A stretch of DNA of 64,000 nt from Desulfobacterales bacterium (GTDB lineage Bacteria > Desulfobacterota > Desulfobacteria > Desulfobacterales > UBA2174), in the NCBI GenBank assembly GCA_963668645.2, contig CAXXWC010000021.1, positions 512,001-576,000 on the forward strand, given 5' to 3'. Of this stretch, positions 57,846 to 64,000 are shown in pieces (the stretch's first letter is position 1; every line of letters begins with the position of its first letter). The notes under the pieces are model-generated. The model did not search any database. It had not been told where the DNA came from and saw only the letters and a list, made by a program, of their open reading frames with translations. Position numbers and translations under genes: made by a program.

Positions 57846-58943
57846 TCAGGCCCCACACCTGCCGGTGCGGATGTATCGGATAAGATCCTGCGGGCCGAAC
57901 CCCTCGATTCCCATCACCGCCAGAGTCCTGCCCGTTCGGCGGTAGTCGGTTTGCATGAGGCTTTCTGCCAGGTTGACCATCGACGAAATCAGGGGGGTCT
58001 GGACACCGAAAAGTCGGCCCAAGGCCTCCAGCGGCACCAATCCTGTGGGAACGTCCTCATGAAGATAGCGGATATCGAGCCCTTGCGGGGCTTGGATCCC
58101 CTGGTAGGCGGGGTTGGTTCCCATCATGACGTGCAGTGGTGCGGTTTGCTGCCGGTAGGATTGCTGCAGCCATTCCCGAATGGTGGGCACCCGGACTCCT
58201 GCCGCCTGCGCGATGCAGACCCGCTCCCGATCCAATGCCTCGATGAGCGCTCCGACCCGCGGCGTGGCCCCGTTTTTATAAAATTCAAAAGGGGTGCCGG
58301 CCTCGATGCGCGAAGCGTTGAGCACTGAAATTGAGGGGTGAAACATGGCGCCGATATTGCCGAAGCTCGTCACGCGGATGTCCTGGGCCGCATAAAACTG
58401 CGGCACAACCTGCGCCAGGCGCCCCACCACCGCCTGTGTCTCGCAGGCCGGCATCACGCCCACGGCTACTTTTTCCTTGATACCGTTCAGATGCACTGCG
58501 TCGGGGGCGTTCTTGCGGCAGGCAAAAAGCAGCGTCTGGGATTCCACCACCGCCAGGTGTTTGTCCGCCTCGGCCAGCAATCGATACACTTCGAGGGCTC
58601 CGCCGGTTCTGCCCGGATTCAAAACAAGAATCGCATCATCGCGAAGCACGCCGGCCGCCTCCCGGGCAAAGCGCCCGTGCACATGGGCCGGGATAACGGC
58701 AAGAACGATATCCGCCTTTTGCACGGCATCGGCGATCGAGGCGGCCACCTCGATGCGGGCCTCGCCTTCAACCGTTCCCGTCACCCGGATCGCCCCTTTC
58801 GCGCGCAGCGCTTCGACGCAGTGGTCAAACGCGCCGAACTCGGCCAGCACGATCGGGAATCCTTTCAAGCCCAGCCAGCCGGCAAAGGCGAATCCGCCGT
58901 TTCCTCCGCCCACCACGGCAATCGTCGGTAGTTGACTGTTCAT
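57846..58943 (-). CDS. NAD/NADP octopine/nopaline (opine) dehydrogenase family protein
   Basis: VGGGNGG, LNPGRTGG, N..AMFHP, FY..G.TP, RYLHEDVPTGL. Confidence 0.9.
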   Translation of the reverse strand: MNSQLPTIAVVGGGNGGFAFAGWLGLKGFPIVLAEFGAFDHCVEALRAKGAIRVTGTVEGEARIEVAASIADAVQKADIVLAVIPAHVHGRFAREAAGVLRDDAILVLNPGRTGGALEVYRLLAEADKHLAVVESQTLLFACRKNAPDAVHLNGIKEKVAVGVMPACETQAVVGRLAQVVPQFYAAQDIRVTSFGNIGAMFHPSISVLNASRIEAGTPFEFYKNGATPRVGALIEALDRERVCIAQAAGVRVPTIREWLQQSYRQQTAPLHVMMGTNPAYQGIQAPQGLDIRYLHEDVPTGLVPLEALGRLFGVQTPLISSMVNLAESLMQTDYRRTGRTLAVMGIEGFGPQDLIRYIRTGRCGA

Positions 58944-58989
58944 GGGTTCAGCACCTCGGTTGTCTCAAAGAAGGTTTTGGCCGCTTTGC

Positions 58990-59958
58990 TCAACCATTCA
59001 GGTGGCATGCCACTCCGCGCGAAGCGTCGAGCCGTCTCCAGGGCGGATACTGCCGCCGGCACAAGTCCATGGCCTTAGGACAGCGCGGGTGAAAGTAACA
59101 CCCCGGAGGCGGGTTGATGGGCGATGGCACCTCGGCCTCGATACGCGGCACATCGCGTCTCACCTGGGGATCTGGAATCGGAGACGCCTCACGCAGGAGG
59201 ACCGTGTAGGGGTGAAGGGGGTTTTCGAAAAGCTCCGTCACCGTGCCCTGCTCGACGATTCGCCCCAGGTACATCACCGCCAGCCGCTGGCAGAAGTAGC
59301 GCACCACCGCCAGATCGTGGGATATGAAGATGAAGCTCAACCGGCGCTTTTCCTGCAGCCCGCGCATGAGCAGCAGGATTTGGGACTGGATCGAGACGTC
59401 CAACGCCGATACCGGCTCATCGGCGATAACCAGATCCGGCTGGAAAATGAGCGCCCGAGCGATTCCCACCCGCTGGCGCTGACCGCCGCTGAACTCGTGG
59501 GGGAACTTATCGACGGCCTCGGGCTGCAACCCCACCTCGTTTAAAAGAGAACGGACCCGCTCGTGGATTTCGGTGCGGCTGCCCATTTCGTGAACCACCA
59601 TCGGTTCGGCGAGCGTCTGCCCTACGGTGCGGCGGGGGTTGAGCGAAGCGTAGGGATCTTGAAAAATGATCTGCATTCTGCGACGGACCGCTTGAAGCCG
59701 GGCCTTGTTCAAAGCGAGCACATCCTGCCCGTCCAGCAGCACATCGCCGCAGTCCGGCTCGATCAAGCGCAACAATCCCCTGCCGACCGTGGATTTACCG
59801 CATCCCGACTCGCCGACCAGCCCGAAGGCCTCCCCCTTCTGGACATCGAACGTGACCCCGTCGACGGCGCGCACCGTGACTGTTTCGGGATTGGGAAATC
59901 CCCGCTTCATCGTGAAAAACTTTTGCAAAGACTTCACCTGCAGCAGTGGTGGACTCAT
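58990..59958 (-). CDS. Dpp/Opp ABC transporter ATP-binding protein (DppF-like)
   Basis: [33 protein letters not shown]; start at MSPPLL. Confidence 0.94.
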   Translation of the reverse strand: MSPPLLQVKSLQKFFTMKRGFPNPETVTVRAVDGVTFDVQKGEAFGLVGESGCGKSTVGRGLLRLIEPDCGDVLLDGQDVLALNKARLQAVRRRMQIIFQDPYASLNPRRTVGQTLAEPMVVHEMGSRTEIHERVRSLLNEVGLQPEAVDKFPHEFSGGQRQRVGIARALIFQPDLVIADEPVSALDVSIQSQILLLMRGLQEKRRLSFIFISHDLAVVRYFCQRLAVMYLGRIVEQGTVTELFENPLHPYTVLLREASPIPDPQVRRDVPRIEAEVPSPINPPPGCYFHPRCPKAMDLCRRQYPPWRRLDASRGVACHLNG

Positions 59959-60983
59959 GCGGCCCCTTCCGATTCGCCCCAGCCCCCCTGGCTGCGGTTC
60001 GACCCGAGCCGGCAGCGAACCAGGTGCCGTCCCTGGCCGTCGACAGCGCGCAATTGCGGCATGCGCCCGGCGCACCCCTCTTGCCGGAAATCACATCGGC
60101 TGAAAAATCGGCACCCGGCGGGCATCTGGTCGATTCCCGGCACGACACCGCCAATGGGGCGGATACGCTGATCGCTGCGGTCCAGTCGCGGGATGGACCG
60201 CAGCAGGGCCTGGGTGTAAGGATGGCGCGGATTGTCGAACAGCTCCCGCACTTCGGCCATTTCCACGATGGTTCCCGCATACATGACGGCGACACGGTCG
60301 GCGATCCAGGCCACCACACCCAGGTCGTGGGTGATGAAAATCATCGACATGCGCCGTTCCCGCTTGAGATCGTCCAGCAGCGCCAGCACCTGGGCCTGGA
60401 TGGTCACATCCAGGGCCGTGGTCGGTTCGTCGGCCAAAATGACGTCCGGCCGGCATGCGAGGGCCATGGCGATCATGACCCTCTGGCGCATGCCGCCCGA
60501 AAGCTGGTGCGGATAATCGCCGAATCGGCGCCGCGCCGATGGAATCTTCACCTGTTCGAGCAGATCGAGGGCGCCGGCGCCGGCGTCCTTCCAGTTCATG
60601 GCGCGATGATAGTAAAGCGCCTCGGCCACCTGGCGGCCCACGGTGAGCACCGGGTTGAGCGAGGTCATGGGCTCCTGGAAAATCATGGCCAGCTTGTCGC
60701 CCCTGAGGCTGCGCATCTCGGCGTCTTTAAGATCCAGGAGATTGCGGCCTTTGAAAAAGACCTTCCCGCCGCTGATGCGGCTGCCGGGCGATGGCAGCAG
60801 GCGCATGACGGTAAAAGCGGTCACGCTCTTGCCGCATCCCGATTCTCCCACCAGCGCCAGCGTCTCGTTGGCCAAGAGCTGAAACGAAACATCCACGATG
60901 GCCGGGAACCAGCCGGATCTGACATGAAACTGGGTCGTCAGATGCTGGATATCGAGAATCGGTTGTTCACCCGGGACATTCAT
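59955..60983 (-). CDS. Dpp/Opp ABC transporter ATP-binding protein (DppD-like)
   Basis: [25 protein letters not shown]. Confidence 0.94.
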   Translation of the reverse strand: MNVPGEQPILDIQHLTTQFHVRSGWFPAIVDVSFQLLANETLALVGESGCGKSVTAFTVMRLLPSPGSRISGGKVFFKGRNLLDLKDAEMRSLRGDKLAMIFQEPMTSLNPVLTVGRQVAEALYYHRAMNWKDAGAGALDLLEQVKIPSARRRFGDYPHQLSGGMRQRVMIAMALACRPDVILADEPTTALDVTIQAQVLALLDDLKRERRMSMIFITHDLGVVAWIADRVAVMYAGTIVEMAEVRELFDNPRHPYTQALLRSIPRLDRSDQRIRPIGGVVPGIDQMPAGCRFFSRCDFRQEGCAGRMPQLRAVDGQGRHLVRCRLGSNRSQGGWGESEGAA

Positions 60984-60986
60984 TTC

Positions 60987-61859
60987 TCACGACCCTCTCA
61001 GCTTCGGATCAATGGCGTCTCGCAGTCCGTCTCCGAGCATATTGAACGCCAGAACGGAAATCAGGATGAACAGACCAGGATAAATGGAGACCCAGGGCGC
61101 ATCCATGATATGCAGAAACCCCTCCCGAATCATGCCGCCCCAGGTGGCGGTGGGCGGTTTGACGCCAAGTCCGATGAAGCTCAGCGAGGCTTCGATCCTG
61201 ACGGCCGTCGCCACCCAAAGGGAGCCCATGACCATCAGCTCTCCGAGGATGTTGGGCAGGATATGGACGGCCATGATCCTCAGGTCCGAAAATCCCATGG
61301 CCCGGCAGGCCTCGATATAGTCGCGACTTTTGACGACCATGGTGGGCGCCCGGGCGATACGCGCGAACCGGGGCGTCACCGTCAGTGCGATGGCCAGGGT
61401 GAGGTTGACGAGGTTCGGACCGAGCACCGCCACCACCATGAGCCCCATGAGCAGCGTGGGGATGGCCATAAAAACGTCCATCACGCCCATGATGAGATGG
61501 TCCGGAGTCCCGCCGCGGTATCCGGAGTAGATGCCGAGGATGCTGCCGGCGACCATCCCCAGAAGAACCGACAGGCTGCCCACGGTAAGCGAAATGCGGG
61601 CACCCCACAGAATGCGCGAGAAAATGTCCCTCCCGAAATGGTCCGTTCCGAGCAGATATCGGGAGCAAGGCGGTTGAAGACGTGAAAGGATATGCTGTTC
61701 GACGGGATTATGCGGAGAGACCCAGGGCGCCAGCAGTGCCAGCAGTGCCAGCACAACAAGGAGCACCAATCCCACCCAGGAGGTTTTGTTGCGATTGAAA
61801 ACCTCGACGATTTCATTCAAGGTGCGCCGCCATTTGCGCTTGTCGACGGTCGGTCTCAT
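60987..61859 (-). CDS. Dpp/Opp ABC transporter permease (DppC-like)
   Basis: LLGTDHFGRD, YIEACRAMG, HILPN, GDGLRDAIDP. Confidence 0.94.
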   Translation of the reverse strand: MRPTVDKRKWRRTLNEIVEVFNRNKTSWVGLVLLVVLALLALLAPWVSPHNPVEQHILSRLQPPCSRYLLGTDHFGRDIFSRILWGARISLTVGSLSVLLGMVAGSILGIYSGYRGGTPDHLIMGVMDVFMAIPTLLMGLMVVAVLGPNLVNLTLAIALTVTPRFARIARAPTMVVKSRDYIEACRAMGFSDLRIMAVHILPNILGELMVMGSLWVATAVRIEASLSFIGLGVKPPTATWGGMIREGFLHIMDAPWVSIYPGLFILISVLAFNMLGDGLRDAIDPKLRGS

Positions 61860-62797
61860 TGATGCTTGACCCTCGGATCCACCAAGCCGTAAGTCAGGTC
61901 CGTCAGCAGATTCACCAGAACGATGATGAACGAATAGACCACCATCAGCCCCTGCAGCAGGGTGTAGTCCCGGTCCACCAGGGCGGAGACGATGAGCTTG
62001 CCCAGCCCGGGACGGTTGAAAACGATCTCCGTAAGCACAGAGTTGCCGATGAGCACCCCCAAATAGAGACCGATGACGGTCACGATGGGAATCAGGGCGT
62101 TTTTGAGCACATGCCGCAACAGGATGACCATCCCCGGGATGCCTTTGGCCACAGCCGTTCTGACGTAATCTTCCCGCAGCACTTCAAGCATGGACGAGCG
62201 GGTCGAGCGGGTCACGTAGGCCATCATGATCAGGCCGAGATTGACGGCGGGCAGGGCCAGGTGGTGCAGCCGTGTCACCGGGTCCGAGAGGATCGGATCG
62301 CTTATGACGGGAAACCAGTCGAGCTTGATGGACAATACGATAATCAAAAGGATGGCCGAATAGAAAGCCGGAAACGAAAGCCCGATGAGCGACAGGGTAC
62401 GAATGATGTAGTCGGTGACTGAATTGCGATATATGGCGGTGGCCATCCCGAACGGGATGCCCAGCACGACACCGAAAAGCACGCCGGCAACGGTCAGCTC
62501 GATGGTGAACGGGAGCACATTCCAGACCTCCTGCATCACCGGATTGCCGCTCAACAGTGATTTGCCCAGGTCCCCATGGGCGATGGAAACGAGAAATGAA
62601 AAATACTGCTCGATGAGGGGCCGATCCAATCCCAGCTTTTGATGAAGCGCCTCGATGGCTTCAGGCGACGCCTGGTCGCCCAGGACCACCAGGGCGGGAT
62701 CCCCTGGTGCAATGCGCACGATGACAAACACCAGGGTGAGCACCGCAATGAGGATGGGAATGGATAAAAGGCCCCTTTTGAGAATGTATTTAAGCAT
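61856..62797 (-). CDS. Dpp/Opp ABC transporter permease (DppB-like)
   Basis: PGDPA, GLDRP, GDLG.S, DYVRTAVAKG, DPRV. Confidence 0.94.
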   Translation of the reverse strand: MLKYILKRGLLSIPILIAVLTLVFVIVRIAPGDPALVVLGDQASPEAIEALHQKLGLDRPLIEQYFSFLVSIAHGDLGKSLLSGNPVMQEVWNVLPFTIELTVAGVLFGVVLGIPFGMATAIYRNSVTDYIIRTLSLIGLSFPAFYSAILLIIVLSIKLDWFPVISDPILSDPVTRLHHLALPAVNLGLIMMAYVTRSTRSSMLEVLREDYVRTAVAKGIPGMVILLRHVLKNALIPIVTVIGLYLGVLIGNSVLTEIVFNRPGLGKLIVSALVDRDYTLLQGLMVVYSFIIVLVNLLTDLTYGLVDPRVKHQ

Positions 62798-62806
62798 TGG
62801 GGTTTG

Positions 62807-64000
62807 TTACCGGATGGTCGTCTGCTCGGTAATCACCGGCCCGTTGGAGATGGCGTTCTTGAGCGTATACCCGTATTCGACGGTGCCCTTGCGCCCCCAG
62901 ACCTGAAGTAGCTCGAACAGGGGAATGGCGCAGCACTCGGAAATGATCTTTTGCTGGGCCTTTTTCCACAATTCGCTTTGCCTGGCACTGTCCGGCTCGC
63001 GCCGGGCCGCATCGATCTCCTCGTCCGCCACCTGGGTATGCGAGAAGTTGGAGGCCGCCGTCGGCGTTCCGACGATGCTGCTCGAATGGTAGAATTCGCC
63101 AAGATAGGTATCGGCCACCGGGAATCGTGCCGCACCGTAAAGCACCATCGAGCTGGCGTCCTGGCGAATGAGCTTGTGGAAGGCCGAATGTTCCACCACC
63201 TGGAGATCCAGGGCGATATCCACCTTGCGCAACTGCTCCTGGATGATCTCCATGGGCAGGCGCAGCGGATCGACCTGGGTAATGATCACTTTGAGGGTGA
63301 ACCCGTTCGGGTAGCCGGCTTCCTTCAGCAGGGCCTTGGCTTTTTCCGGGCTGTATTCATAGCGCGGCACATCTTCGCTGTGGCCCAGATAGTTCCTGGG
63401 AATGATAGAATAGTTGGCAACGCTCACGTCCTTGCCCAGAAAGGCGACGATCTCGTCACGGTTGACGGCATGGGCGATGGCCTTGCGGACCCGGATATCG
63501 TCCAGGGGCTTGACCGTCATGTTCAGGTGCAGCGTCCTCAGCTCGCCCAATCCAAAAACGTCCACCTTGGTGTTTTTTCCCTGGCGCAGGCGCTCGACCC
63601 AGCGTTGTTCGCGGGTGCCGTAAAAAAGATCGATCTCGCCTTTGGTGAAAGCCAGCTCGCGGCTGGAATCATCGGGCAGGTAGCGGTATACGATTTTGTC
63701 GATTTTGGGCGCCCCACGGTAGTAGTCCTGGTTGGCAACGAGGGTCACGCTGCGTTTGGGCAGGTATTCGAAAAAGGCGAACGGCCCGGTTCCGACGGGG
63801 TTCAGCTTAAGGTCCTCGCCGTATTTTTGCGCCGCTTTTTTACAGAGGATCATGCCGCCATGATCGTTGGTGACAAGCCCGAGAAGATAGGGAACGGGTT
63901 GTTTCAGCTTGATTTCAACGGTGTATTTATCGAGTGCCTTGACCGATTCAAGCGCCTGATAGACTTTGTATGCGGAAGAAAGCTGCTTATCGGCGGCCCG
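62807..64000 (-). CDS. Dpp/Opp (SBP family 5) substrate-binding protein, 5' end outside window
   Basis: PVGTGPF, DIRVRKAIAHAVNR, AKALLKEAG; frame stays open to the window edge. Confidence 0.92.
   Translation of the reverse strand, partial: RAADKQLSSAYKVYQALESVKALDKYTVEIKLKQPVPYLLGLVTNDHGGMILCKKAAQKYGEDLKLNPVGTGPFAFFEYLPKRSVTLVANQDYYRGAPKIDKIVYRYLPDDSSRELAFTKGEIDLFYGTREQRWVERLRQGKNTKVDVFGLGELRTLHLNMTVKPLDDIRVRKAIAHAVNRDEIVAFLGKDVSVANYSIIPRNYLGHSEDVPRYEYSPEKAKALLKEAGYPNGFTLKVIITQVDPLRLPMEIIQEQLRKVDIALDLQVVEHSAFHKLIRQDASSMVLYGAARFPVADTYLGEFYHSSSIVGTPTAASNFSHTQVADEEIDAARREPDSARQSELWKKAQQKIISECCAIPLFELLQVWGRKGTVEYGYTLKNAISNGPVITEQTTIR

Noticed and set aside
59946..61685. 579-aa plus-strand ORF
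   Set aside because: Antisense shadow of ABC transporter genes.

Overview
The window has two parts, joined at a tRNA-Leu(CAA) gene (47559-47645, minus strand). Right of the tRNA is GC-rich core genome whose gene content suggests a Desulfobacterales-like sulfate reducer (inference). It carries tsaC, a purD-purE fusion, ddl, a copZ-copA operon, an Xaa-Pro peptidase, and a Dpp/Opp-type ABC transporter operon ending in an opine dehydrogenase and an ornithine-cyclodeaminase-family gene. Left of the tRNA is a ~47 kb minus-strand, lower-GC, Wzx/Wzy-type surface polysaccharide island. In transcription order it contains: (1) a degenerate integrase remnant; (2) a c-di-GMP-I (GEMM) riboswitch with a terminator; (3) a ~6.5 kb decayed zone of small modules (VapBC, nonsense-inactivated RelBE and Phd, ORF6N, epimerase and acetyltransferase fragments, IS21 and IS701) whose boundaries carry 9-mer and 7-mer tandem repeats; (4) a CDP-C-methyl-6-deoxyhexose module; (5) wzx; (6) a full legionaminic-acid-type pathway with extra oxidoreductases; (7) glycosyltransferases, wzy, an AsnB-like amidotransferase, methyl- and acetyltransferases and wecA. 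Full-length IS3, IS630, IS1634 and IS701 copies lie at gene boundaries, and IS701 truncates an epimerase fragment. A 110-bp MITE occurs twice, and one copy knocks out an FkbM methyltransferase. No CRISPR array or rRNA was seen. All protein assignments come from motif recognition by eye, not database searches.
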